64,000 nt of DNA from Eledone cirrhosa. Its lineage: Eukaryota. The notes under the pieces were generated by a model. That model ran no database searches, was not told the origin of the DNA, and saw only the letters and a program-made list of their open reading frames with translations. The stretch lies in NCBI GenBank assembly GCA_964016885.1, contig OZ024741.1, positions 104,098,001 through 104,162,000 of the forward strand, read 5' to 3'. Position 1 is the stretch's first letter. Every line of letters begins with the position of its first letter. The position numbers and the translations under genes were made by a program. Of the stretch, positions 22,010 to 34,606 are shown in pieces.

Positions 22010-23320
22010 CCCTTTAAAGCTTTATCAAATCATGGACTGAAAGATGTATTCTACCATTTCTGAAAAAAGGAGACCTCTCAGAGGTATTACACTCACTTGT
22101 ATTGCTGCCAAAATCTAAAATGCAATGTTATGTAACAGAATCCAACCAATTGAAAGCATTCTTTGGACGAACCAGAACCGTTTTAGACAAAATAGATCCA
22201 CACTCGGGTAGATTCTGACAAGAATTCTAGAGGGTGTGAAGGCAAACAAAAAACATAGAGACAGCTATGTTGTAGACCTCTCCAAAGCTTTTGACCTAGT
22301 TCATAGAGGAAAAATGGCTGAAATTATGGGTTACAAGAAGAAACAGTAAATGCTAGTATGATGCTGTACAAGGTCACACAATCAATGGTGCGCTCCTCCA
22401 ATGTTGTTACAGTTCTATAGTATTCGAGCAGGAGTCTTGCAAGGAGACATATTTGCACATCTCCTATTCATCATTGCACTGGACTATGTGTACTTCACAT
22501 TTTTTGATCTTGAGAAGGATCTAGGCTTCACATTGCACAGAGCCAGAAACTAAAGATATACTGCCCAGAAGATTGCCGATTATGCTAACGACATTGCTCT
22601 GTTCATGGATGAAATTGTAGACCCTGCATGTGCTTGTAGTGACCTACATTCAGAGGGCTCGTGGATACATTCTCTGTGCGTTGTTTGGCTCAGTTCAGCC
22701 AATCGCCACCAGCGTAGGGAATGTGTCTAGACTTCCTCCCAGAGGGAAAAATTCCCGCGGCGATTCATAAATCTTTATCTGGCTGCTTTGGACTCTGAAA
22801 AGTGAACACGCAATAAGGTAACGGTGAGACTTTCACTTTGGCCTATCGGCCGTCTTTGGCTTGGGACAATGCCACATTCACTTCTTAACTCTTAACAATG
22901 TTTGTTCTTTATTTTGACATGTCAACTCAACTTAACTCTTTGTAATTAGTTGTAAATAAAACATGTAAAAATGTTAACGAAGACTTTATGACTAATTCAA
23001 GAAACATTCACTTTGTGGGATTGGGTGTTGACCTTTCAGAGTCCAAAGCAGCAAGAGAAAGATTTATGAATCGCCGCGGGAATTTTTCCCTCTGGGCGGA
23101 AGTTGAGACACATTCTCCTACGCTGGCGGCGATTGGCTGAACTGAGCCAAACAATGCACGGAGAATGTATCCATGAGCCCTCGGAATGTAGGTCACTACA
23201 TACTTGAGTAGTCTGCTGCCATGATAGGATCTTATGTGAACGTGGAGAGAGAAGTCATGAACTTCAATCAGAATGGTGAAGCTTTGAATGGAAAACCTCT
23301 AAAAGAGGTTGAAAGATTTA
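22010..23320 (+). mobile_element. Old, decayed non-LTR retrotransposon RT fragment interrupted by a MITE
   Basis: Remnants VDLSKAFD.VHRGKM, AGVLQGD..LFIIALDYV, YANDIAL; continues after 23200. Confidence 0.7.
22635..23200. mobile_element. MITE with ~165-bp TIRs, TGT..ACA ends (Ginger-type)
   Basis: TGTAGTGACCTACATTC...GAATGTAGGTCACTACA; imperfect 4-bp TSD TGCT/TACT. Confidence 0.75.
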
Positions 23321-23821
23321 GCTGTAGGAAATAAGCCCAAATTAGTTCTGTATGAGCAAGACATGGTCACTTGACCTGGCATTGCTCTAACCCATGCTAG
23401 CATGGAAAAATGGACGTTAAACGGTGATGATGATATCATCGCTACACTTAGTATAAATCAGTGTACATATTGCTCGACAAGATCCCAAACCTCATTCGCT
23501 TACCGAGTGGAGTGGACCTCGTCAAATCGGACCAAGGAAACAATGTTTCCATTGGTCTTTCCTTTGCTGATACTATCTACCAGTCACAAGAAGGAGCAAC
23601 ATGAAATAAAGTGTTTTGCTCAAGGACACAACACATCACCAGGTCCGAGAATTGAGCGCACAACCTCACGATTGCAAATCCAACTCTCTAGCCACGCGCC
23701 CTCACTAAGTGTATATATAAATACAGTGTATATATAACTATACAACATCACTTAATTTAAATAGAGGGTATATATAAAGTGTGTATATGTAACTGTTCAA
23801 CATCACTACACTTATTTTAAA

Positions 23822-24280
23822 CTAGCAGTGGTACCCGGCGTTGCACGGGATAAGGTATTTTGGAACGCGGGCTGCCAACCGACCTAATCGTGGAAAAACT
23901 GCATGCGTGGACAATCATCATCATCAGGTTTAGCGTCCGTGTTCCACGCTTGCATATGTAAAGAAAGTAAACTGAATACTCTGATGGCTGGATAATCTTT
24001 AAGATTTTCCTCAATAAAGCAGGAAAAATGCAGGTTTTCACCTAATGCGGGCCTAGGGGATCAAGAAAATAATTTTTTTTAATGTCCATAATATGCCTTG
24101 AAATTTCTTGAAAATCGGCTAGACGTAACGCCTCAAAAAAATTTTTTTTGATCAGAACACTCCCTGAAAAAGTATTACATGTGTAAAGTTTGAAAACAGT
24201 CGGTTGTGTGCTTCTCGAGTTTTAGGGATTCAAACTCGCATGCACACAGACAGACATCCTCAGTTTTATATATATATAGA
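23822..24280 (-). mobile_element. Non-autonomous Helitron
   Basis: Minus strand A|TCTATATAT..CTGTCTG.. ending CCCGTGCAACGCCGGG hairpin, 8 nt, CTAG|T; no TSD. Confidence 0.82.
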
Positions 24281-24858
24281 TAAGTGTATATATAAGTATA
24301 TATCACCAAGTTTTAAATAAGTGTATATTTAAATATGCTCAACATATCAAAATTTAAATGACAGTGTATATATAGCTACACAACATTACTACACTTAGCT
24401 TAAATAACAGTGTATATATAACTGTATTCAACATCACTACACCAAGAATAAAGAAACTATATTAAACCACCAAGTTTAATTAACAATATATTTAACAGTG
24501 CTCCAAACAGACAATTAATAACTATTATAGTAATTTTTGATTTTTCTATTAAAAATTACTTTTTCAATAGAGATACTAAACTGTTTTGTTACTATCTTTA
24601 TAACGAAAGACACTGTCAATGGTTTTCAAATAATTTTGAAAAAAATGAAGAATTTTGGGGGATCTAGTAAAATAACTTTCTCATTATTAAGTGGGTGTTT
24701 GGAACATAACTTAAGAGTTTCTTACATAAAATTCTGATGGGTTTTAGATAAATATAAACATTTAAAAACAGTTTTGTATTGTAGAATGAGGCTCTGTTTC
24801 AGGCAGTTTGGTGTGACAAAAATTAATGTTTTATTACTGTTTTTCTTGTTTCATAAAG

Positions 24859-25027
24859 TAAGATGTCATTACCTAATCTGAAGATACCCAAACAGTTGAC
24901 ATTAATTGATTTTGGTGAAGCTATCGATATGTCTACCTACCCTCCAGGAACAGTCTTTAATGGCAAAGTGTTGACTTCTGGCTTTCAATGTATTGAAATG
25001 AGAACTCAGAAACCTTGGACTTATCAG
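24859..25027 (+). CDS. BUB1: BUB1 exon: DFG and activation segment
   Basis: Phase requires the aAG acceptor ending 24858; LIDFGEAIDM..F.GKVLTSGFQCIEM..KPWTYQ; GTGAAT donor. Confidence 0.95.
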
Positions 25028-25436
25028 GTGAATACTTTTCATTAATTACTTAAATATATATCATTGTTGTGGCGCATGGTTTTTCATGTTGGCATGGACA
25101 GGACATATTGAAGCAGTTTCACAGTGGATGCCTTTCTTGACATTATTTCCCTCTGTCCTTACGAGATAGCGATATATACATAATGTCAATTTAAGTCTGG
25201 TAATGGTTAGACCACACATAACAGCATGGACTGAGTGATTTTTATCATGGCACCACCACTATTACTTTACAGATGACTCACCCATTCATCAAAACGTGGA
25301 ATGGGTGAATTTTCATCATGGTACCAGCATGACCACTTGCAGGTTTAACTGGGCGTTTTTTGCCATGACACCAGCACAACCACCTTACAAGGTGTACTGG
25401 GTGCTTTATGTCAAGTAAATGCTTGCAATTATAATC

Positions 25437-28400
25437 TGTAGTAAGACGCCTTACACCCCCCCCCCCCGGCGGATAATGGATCAGGCCTAGTTGTCTCCCC
25501 CTGGTGGAGAACCCTTTCCCTAGGTAAGCAGACGGCATACACGCCACAGAAAACAGCCTCTGTACCACGAAACGATAAACAGCCAAGGAAACAGCAAACC
25601 CCACAATACCTTTGTAATTGTAATACGCTCCCTTCACCACAACTGACCGCGTCTATATTTGGTATGTTTCATTTGTAGTATAATAAACACATGATAAACA
25701 AAATAAACATCACCATTATTTACATTTGTTGAATATAACTCTCGTTGTGGTTATTGTCTTGTTTACGCACACACCCACTCACTTTGTTATAATTCTCACT
25801 TACAAAAATGGTAAATAGACGAGGGACCTTCCCTCACGTCTATGTCGATAAACAATCCAACTAGGATACATCCATTTACCACACTGCTATCAGGTAGAGC
25901 CTTTCTGGTTGACACAGGTGCAGTTTGTTCAATATGGCCTGTGTGTTGTATGAAGGAAACTCCCCCTGAGACACCTATTGAGTTGCAGGCAGTAAATTGT
26001 TCGCCGATTCGAACCTTCGGACAAATCTCGCTACCTTTGCAGTTCCGTAATCTGCGGCGTGAGTTTAAATGGATATTTACTGTCGCTGCCTTGCCGTATC
26101 CGATTCTAGGCGCGGATTTTCTCCACCATTTTTCATTGACGGTGGACCTCCGTCGTAAGCGCCTAATTGATGGCATCACTGGTTTAACTGTTGTTGGCAA
26201 GGCAGCAGGAGTTCCAACGGTTAGCCCGACCTATTTTCTTGCTAACACCGGTGATACTTACCATGCGTTGTTGAACTCGTTCCCGCAACTGACTCAGGGA
26301 AATTTTCGAGTTGATGAGCCAACTCATACCACGGAGCACTTCATAACTACAACTGGTGCTCCCGTTTTTTCTCGTCCTCGTCGCTTGCCTCCGGACAAAC
26401 TCAAAGCAGCACGATCAGAGTTTGATCATATGTTGCAGTTGGGGATTATTCGTCCGTCCACGAGCCCGTGGGCATCCCCATTACACATGGTACCGAAAGC
26501 GACTGGCGATTGGAGACCTACTGGAGATTATCGACGCTTAAATTCGATAACGGAACCGGACCGTTATCCTATCCCTCATCTGCAAGACTTTGCGTCTTCG
26601 TTGCAGGGATGCAAGATATTCTCCAAACTGGATTTAATTCGTGCGTACCATCAAATTCCTGTCCATAAAAATGACATTCCAAAATCGGCTATAGTTACGC
26701 CATTTGGGTCATTTGAGTTTTTAACCATGCCGTTCGGATTAAGGAATGCCACTAGTACGTTTCAGCGGTTTATGGATGAGGTTACTCGTGGCCTCGATTT
26801 CGTCTATACCTATATTGATGACCTGCTCATTGCCAGTTCTTCTCAAGAACAACATACGCACCATTTGAATCTACTTTTCTGCCAATTGAAGGCGTATAAC
26901 GTGCAGATTAATGCACCCAAATGTGTTTTTGGTGCTGAGTCACTGACTTTCTTGGGTCACGTCATCGACGCTGACGGTATTCGACCCCGGCCTGAGCGAG
27001 TTAAGGTCATAAAGGATTTGCCTCCACCGACCTCACTACGTCAGTTACGCCAGTTCTTAGGCCTGATTAACTTTTATAGGCTTTTCGTGCCAAATTGAGC
27101 AAGATTGCTTTTCTTCCTGACAGAAATTAAAAAAAATTGTCGGAAGAAGAATGCAGACATTTCTTTGACCGAGACTCAACTTGCTGATTTTCAGCACGCC
27201 AAAACTGCTTTGGCTAATGCTTCTTTACTGGCTCACCCGGTACCCGGTGCAAAGCTAACACTTCGTGTTGATGCATCGGATATCGCTGTGGGCGCAGTGC
27301 TACAGCAAAACATCAATGGTTACCAGCAACCGCTGGAGTTTTTTTCCAGAAAGCTGAAACCTGCTGAGACGCGCTACAGCACCTTTGGAAGGGAGCTTTT
27401 GGCCATCTATTTAGCCGTGAAACATTTTTCACATATGCTAGAGGGTAGACTATTTACTATCCTCACTGACCATAAACCATTGACTTTTGCGTTGAGAGCG
27501 AAGGCTGATAAATACTCGCCCAGAGAGACGAGACACCTTGATTTCATCTCGCAATATACGAATCATATCCAACACATTCCGGGTTCACTAAATACAGCGG
27601 CCGATCCTTTGTCCCGCTTACCCGTGACAACAATCTCGTCACCCTCTGACATAGATCTGACTCGTTTGGCTGCGGATCAGCCTCCCCTTGAGTCATTGGA
27701 TGTTACATCGCCCGAGTTTGCGAATTGCGAGATGAAATACTTGCCTCTGTCGACTGCAGTTGGCCAAATTCTCTGCGATGTCTCTTTGGACGTGCCTAGG
27801 CCCTTCGTTCCAGAGAATCATCATCGGACCGTGTTTCTGGCATTACATAGTTTCTCGCATCCAGGATCTTCTGCCACAGCAAAGCTCATATCAGCTAGAT
27901 TTTTCTGGCCAAATATGAGGCGTAAAATTGCTGCCTGGTGCCGTTCCTGCGTCGCTTGCCAGAAATCAAAGGTCCATCGACACGTCAAGGCTCCCCTGGG
28001 TACCTTTACTAACCCAGATGTGCGTTTTTCGCACATTCACATTGATATAGTGGGATCTTGGCCTGTCAGCGACGGTTATTCTTATCTGCTGACCGTTTTT
28101 CGAGATGGCCTCAATCCATCCCCTTGAAAAACAGCGCGTGCTCTTGTGTCTGGATGGATCTCTCGTTATGGAGTTCCATCCACTGTAACTACCGACCGTG
28201 GACGACAGTTCGAGTCGAGCCTTTTCCTGGAACTGTCAAAATTAATTGGTGCTAAACGCATCAGAACTACGGCGTACCATCCCGCTTCGAATGGTATGGT
28301 GGAGCGTTTTCACCGATAACTGAAGGCCTCCTTAATGGCCTCAATGGACTCGGCGCATTGGAGCGAGTACCTCCCTATTGTGCTATTAGGGATTCAGTCA

Positions 28401-29618
28401 ACGGTGAAGGTCGACTTTGGATTTTCACCGGCCGAAGTACTGTACGGTGCCCCTCTGACGTTGCCCGGGCAAATGCTTGCCCCTATCGATCTTGATGCTC
28501 AAGATCACGCTTCCTACGTTTCCCGTTTGCGCTCCTATTTCCAGGATTTGCCACCAATGGACACTAGGAAACAAACTGTCAAGACTGCTGTCCCGAGGGA
28601 TATTGCCTCGTGGACGCATGTCTTTGTAAGGAAAGATTCTGTGAAGCCCCCGCTCACACAGCCTTACACTGGACCTTAACGCGCTCGGCTAAGCATTTCA
28701 CTTTAGATATTAAAGGGTCCAGGGAGACAGTTACAATAGACAGGCTTAAGCAGGCACACCTTGACACGGACGCTGTGGTTCCTGATCCACGAACCCCTTT
28801 GTATTTGCCTGTTGAGCGAACGCCTGTTCCTGAACCACCATCATCGCCTGTCCCTACACCACCACCATCACCACGTTACAAGACCACGACCCGTTCAGGT
28901 CGTAGGGTCTACTGGCCCAAAAAATTTTGCAGCGCCGTCTATATTTAGACTGTGTTAGCTGCACCCTTTTTTTTTGCTTATGTGTTTCTACTTTTTCTTT
29001 GCCTTTTTTTTATGCATGCATGTTGTTTTTTAACATTTTTCAAATCCTTATTCTGGATTTAATGATTGGTAGAGCGAATAGCTCCCCCTTGTTGCATTGT
29101 TCGCCATCTTACTCCACGTGTGAGTAATAACATCGATTTTCGATGATTTGGCAGGAGGTACTGTAGTAAGACGCCTTACGCTCTCTGGCGGATAATGGAT
29201 CAGGCCTAGTTGTCTCCCCCTGGTGGAGAACCCTTTCCCTAGGTAAGCAGACAGCCACGGGAAAGCAGACGGCATACACGCCACAGAAAACAGCCTCTGT
29301 ACCACGAAACGATAAACAGCCAAGGAAACAGCAAACCCCACAATACCTTTGTAATTGTAATACGCTCCCTTCACTACAACTGACTGCATCTATATTTGGT
29401 ATGTTTCATTTGTAATATAATAAACACATGATAAACAAAATAAACATCACCATTATTTACATTTGTTGAATATAACTCTCGTTGTGGTTATTGTCTTGTT
29501 TACGCACACACCCACTCACTTTGTTAATTCTCACTTACAAAAATGGTAAATAGACGAGGGACCTTCCCTCACGTCTATGTCGATAAACAATCCAACTAGG
29601 ATACATCCTTTTACCACA
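25437..29618 (+). mobile_element. Gypsy LTR retrotransposon lacking PBS and gag
   Basis: LTRs 25437-25883 and 29162-29618 (TGTA..CCACA), TSD AATC, PPT ggcaggagg; protease LVDTGA, RT YIDD, RNase H, integrase with stops and frameshifts. Confidence 0.95.
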
Positions 29619-29749
29619 AATCTTATATAACATATTGCTGACAGGTGGGGTATTTGAGGGTTTGGGGGAAGATCTTGTTGCTACAATCCAGTAATTTTAC
29701 TAACATCAAACTTTTTTGTCTTTTTTTTTCCCTATGCTTCACTTCACAG

Positions 29750-29856
29750 ACGGATTTATTTGGTATCCTTGGAACTATCCATACAGTTCTGTTTGGGAAA
29801 TACATGAATGTTTTCCAATCCCAAGGAAAGTGGCAGCTCACTTCCAACTTTCAACG
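29750..29856 (+). CDS. BUB1: BUB1 exon: alphaF region
   Basis: tcacAG / GTCAGT; TDLFGILGTIHTVLFGKYMNV..W..TSNFQR. Confidence 0.94.
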
Positions 29857-30109
29857 GTCAGTATATCCCACTTGTGGACATCTCTCGCTATATTCTCCAT
29901 GTACCCTACTCACCTTTAGATACAACTCATCTCTGACAGTCCACTAACCCTGCCCATCTCTATTATTGTTGAGATAGAGATCAGCTTTGACATTCCATCA
30001 ACATCTCATCTATAATAGACAGTCTGTCTATTGAATGTCCCCCCTCCCCTAGCAGGTTAAAGAATCATGTAGACATCTTTGTTGTTTTATCATCTCCATC
30101 TTTTCATAG

Positions 30110-31630
30110 TATGTATGTGTGAGAGAGATGAAATATGGGATGTGATGGCTAGCTGCCTGAGGAGCAAATCTGGATGGTCTGCCTTATGGGCTTTATACAA
30201 ACATGACAGATTTGTTCAGCAATATCTTAGATATCTACACTAACTGGCAGCCGAATGGGGGAATTCTCAGTTTTGTGAGCTGAGGGGGGATATTGCTGCT
30301 GTGAAAGGACCTGAATAAGAGCAACTATAGCAACAGTTTTCGGCCCATAACTCTGCTAAATGCTAAGTTCAAAATTTTGGCTAAGGTATTGGCTTTGAGG
30401 TTGGTGCTTGTCATTTGTGGTCTAGTAGGGGAGGTACAGACAAGCACCCTTCCAAATAGATCCATCCATGTCAACCTCTACCTTATGCAATACATCATAG
30501 AGAGGGTGGCTAAGGAATCTGGCACAAGTGGGGCCTTGAACAACTTGGAACAATCAAAATCTTTTGATAGGGTCAACCATCGGTACCTGACAAGTCTTCA
30601 GGACAGCTGGTTTTAGGGCCTTTTTCAAGAGATGGATTGCTGCAGTGCACAGCAGCATCTTTTCAGTGGTCAAAGTGAAAGATCACCTCTTTGAATCGTT
30701 CAACTTCATGCACTCGGTTTGTCAAGTTTGAATCCCTTTCATTTCTGTTGTATGTACTGACTCTTGAGCAACTACTGCACAGGCTGGAGACATTGATGGG
30801 CATCACACAAGAACTAGGATGTGGGAGATCTGTGTCAGCTTATGCTGATGATGTCACCAAACACATCAAGGCAATTGGCACTGATATGGCGGAATACAAA
30901 TCAGTAACAGAAGCAAAAATTAACCAGGAAACGTAAGTGGGCTTGCAGCTTGGCACATGGAGAAGCAAGTCCATGTCCAACAGCATCATTGAGCATTGAA
31001 CACTTGGACTGTTTAATTTGCTTGGGTCTGGTTTGGTTCAAACTTCCAGATGGAGAAAAACTGGAATGAGATAATATGCAATGTGGTCACTTTCACACAG
31101 AAATGGGTTGAAACTATTCCTTTCAGTTCAGGGCCAATGAATACCTTCCAGAAATCCGTAGCCTAGCAGCGCTACCAGAGAGCTTTGCCAGTTCAAGATA
31201 AACGCTACAGGCATGGAAGTGCCATCAGCTAAGTATGTCATGATGCGCACGGTAATGAAGCAATTTTATACTCACTTGTTCAGTGTCCAAGTATTGCTGA
31301 CCTGTGGATTTATATTGAATATCTGCTGGCTATCAACTAAATCTATCATGAAGATCGCCCCACTGCCTTCCTTTAACCAGGAAGGGCAGGTAGTTTTTAT
31401 ATGCCTGGTGGCCATAGTGAAAAAGGTATGATGGAGGCGATGAAAGGGGGCTGAAGACAAACACGTTCCTCTTTGGTGAATCCCTCATCAACTTCTTTAA
31501 GTTTGACTTGAAGAGGAAAATCAGAGTGGAGAGGGAAGTATTGCCTTTCAGCCATTTTGTTGAAAGGTGAATGAGAGTGGCAAGCATGGTCCAAGTGAAC
31601 AGGTCTGCCCTGAATATATGCCTGTAAGTT
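30110..31630 (+). mobile_element. Decayed L1/Tx1-clade LINE fragment
   Basis: FRPITLLN..FKILAKVLALRL, Q....PNRSI..NL, QSKSFDRVNHRYL, AYADDVT; many stops. Confidence 0.75.
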
Positions 31631-31896
31631 GGAGCTGAAGAACTGAGAGGGCACTTGCCCTTTTGGTCAGAGTAATTGGTTTTATGAATTTGTTTTCTTG
31701 AGTAGCCCTCAAACGTCTCCGCCTTATTGAGGAATACTCATTGCTAAAATGTTATTATTACCTCCCTATATTATTATTAAACCTGTTTACAACCCCCCAC
31801 CCCCCCTCAATATTTTGCCCAGTGCCATCCTTAATGTTTTTCTTAATGTAAACTCTTTGTGGTTATTAAAGAAATCATTATTATTTTCTTTTCTAG

Positions 31897-32047
31897 AAAA
31901 TGGAATATTCCGTTATGGAAACAATTTTTCCATGACCTCCTCAATATTCCGTCCTCGGACCAATTACCAAATCTGATTGATTTCCGTGATCAATTTATTG
32001 AATATTTTAATTCCTCTCTGCAAGTCCAGTTTAGATTAACTATGTAG
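31897..32047 (+). CDS. BUB1: BUB1 terminal coding exon
   Basis: ttttctAG; (R)KWNIPLWKQFFHDLLNIPS..LPNL matches Bub1 W..FF..LLNI; TAG stop ends 32047. Confidence 0.93.
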
Positions 32048-32544
32048 ATGCTGGATATTTGGATCTCTGGACACATATATAGGACAGCTGATGGACATAA
32101 TAGACATTTGAACCTCTGGATAGATGTGTAAGACAATTGATGAATCTAATAATAGACCTTTTGGACCTTTTGGAGAGATAACTGATGGACATAATGCTGA
32201 GCCTTTATACAGCTTTTTAATCTTGAAACTTTCCTCTGCTATATCTGTGTATGTGTAACTGTATTGACTGTGTACTATGTGTTGGCATTAGACAGCAAAA
32301 GTATAAAATTAACATTCATCGCTATTTTTTCTTAATCTACATCATACACATACCATACATACACACACATACCATACATACACACACATACCATGCATAC
32401 ATACACACACATTCCATTCATATATACATACACTAACCAATCAACAAATCCAACAACATTCTAAATTTTCTTTTTAATTTTGTCTGCAGGGAAAATTATA
32501 ATTTTCTAGTCTTTGTAATGTTTTTATTATTATGGCAACTATAA

Positions 32545-33422
32545 GGGCGGTGGATTGGCAGTATCAGTAGAGTGTCAGACACCATGCTTTGCAGCATAGA
32601 GTTATGGCTCTTGATGATCTGAGTTCAAATCCTACCGAGGTTAACTTTGCCTTTCATCCTTACAGGGTTGATAAAATAAAGTACCAGTCACACACTGGGG
32701 TCGATTAAATGCACTTTCCCTGCCCTCAAAATTGTTGGCCCTGTGCATTATTATGTAGCAGTATCGGTAGAGGGTCGGACGCCATGCTTTCCAGCATAGT
32801 TATGTCCCCTTACGATCTGAGTTCAAATCCCGCTGAGGTTTGACTTTGCCTTTTATCCTTATGGGGGTCGATAAAATAAAGTACCAGTAATGCACTGGGT
32901 AATTGCTGGCCTTGTGCCTAAAGTAGAAACAATTATGGCAACTATTATAAAGTGGTGGAGCATCAGACACCATGCTTCGTGGCATAGTTACGACCCTTTA
33001 AGTTTTAAGTTCAAATCCTGCCTAGGTTAGCTTTGCCTTTCATCCTTATGAGGTTGATAAATAAAGCACCAGTAATGCACTGAGGTCAATTTAATCGACT
33101 TTCCCCTCCCCCCAAATTGCTGGCCTTGTGCTATAGTAGAAATCATTATTATGGCGACTAAAGACATCATTTGTATATAGATGCAGGGAGTAGAGTAGAA
33201 GCTGCAGATGAAAGCCTTTTATATTTAAATACTGTTGGGGCTAGGTTTTACTATTTTTTTAATCCTTTATGCTTTCCAGCATAGTTACATCCCTTTACGG
33301 TCTGAGTTCAAATCCTGCCGAGGTTGACTTTGCCTTTCATCCTTACGGGGTCAATAAAATAAAGTACCAGTAATGTACTGGGTAAGTAATTGCTGGCCTT
33401 GTGCCAAAAGTAGAAGCAATTA
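32545..33422 (+). mobile_element. Head-to-tail cluster of four family-1 tRNA-SINE copies
   Basis: Repeated gagttcaaatcc..gaggtt.actttgcctttcatcctta..gggtcgataaaataaagtaccag..ggccttgtgc; similar copies at ~19840, 34752, 38385-38684 (-), 57356-57537 (-). Confidence 0.8.
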
Positions 33423-33956
33423 TTCTTTTTATCCCTTTGGCGTTAATGATATGCCATATTCTTTTGTAATAGACATTTTTATTCTAAAAAGTCTAAAGTC
33501 TGACTCAAGCCTGGAAGCTCATTAGGCCAGTGCTTATCCAGGTTTACAAGACTTCCCCTGGACAGGGCACCTGTCCATCACCGGGTTATTTTTTTAATTT
33601 AAGTTAGTTAAACTCAAAAATCAAAAGATGCACATCATTGAACTATGAATCATTTATAAAACAGCAAGATTTTGTTTTTATCATTTAAAAAATTAAATTT
33701 ATTTATTACATTCAATTAATATAGAAATATGCAAATTTTTTTTACAATGACTTGTGATAACACTGAATATAAATATTTGAAAGATGATAGTGGTGCTCCA
33801 GCATGGGCTGGAAGAGGTAAGAAAATAAAAGAATGTGTGTATGTAAATGTGCTCTTTTTTCTGTATATACCTAGATGTATTAAATTGCTGACATAAAATT
33901 TAATAGTATGATGTATGTATAACACGTATTTGTCACATATTTTCTTTTTTTATGAT

Positions 33957-34310
33957 GCTAACATCATTGCTACACATTTATCTAAACACAATTTCCACAT
34001 TTATTTCAAAATCATTGTTACATATTCATTTAAACATCATTGCTACACATTTATCTAAACACTATCACTACATGTTTATCTAAACATCACTGCTACACGT
34101 TTATCTAAACATCACTGCTACACGTTTATCTAAACATCACTGCTACATGTTTATTTAAACAGCAATGCCACATGTTTAAATATTACTGCTTTGTGTTTGT
34201 CTAAGAACCATGTTTACATGTTTATTTCAAATTCATTGCCAAACGTTTATTTAAATGATATTGCCACATGTTTAAATATCACTACTACATGTATATTTAT
34301 ACATCACAGC
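33957..34310. repeat. 25-bp minisatellite
   Basis: Unit CTAAACATCACTGCTACACGTTTAT, best conserved 34080-34160 and degenerate outward. Confidence 0.8.
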
Positions 34311-34413
34311 TAGCTCCATGCACCTGTCCAACCACCTCCGCCCATTTGCACAATCACCTTTGCTAAACACCAAACATAGTTACTTCTGTACATCTGCACA
34401 ATGTTATAAGAAC

Positions 34414-34606
34414 TTATTTTGCAACTTTTTCAACAAAGCTTTTCCAGCGTTTGATCATGTTTCCGCTATTAAGGGCTGTTCCCATACACTCAGTGAAGTT
34501 GTCCCCTTCATCCACAAAATCAGCGTCTGTACAAATCTCCATCTTCTGTGTAATCAATCGGATCATCTCTTGCTGGTTTTCCATCATACTCTGGATAGAC
34601 TTCAGC
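34414..34606 (-). CDS. TRPA1: TRPA1-like channel terminal exon (C-terminal coiled coil)
   Basis: Minus acceptor ttttcttgaaatcctAG; (K)LKSIQSMMENQQEMIRLITQKMEICTDADFVDEG..RWKSFVEKVAK* vs human TRPA1 RLKDLTFLLEKQHELIKLIIQKMEIISE. Confidence 0.9.

Noticed and set aside
33957-34310. Regular 25-bp repeats as a CRISPR-like array
   Set aside because: Tandem units without unique spacers, eukaryotic context, no cas genes.
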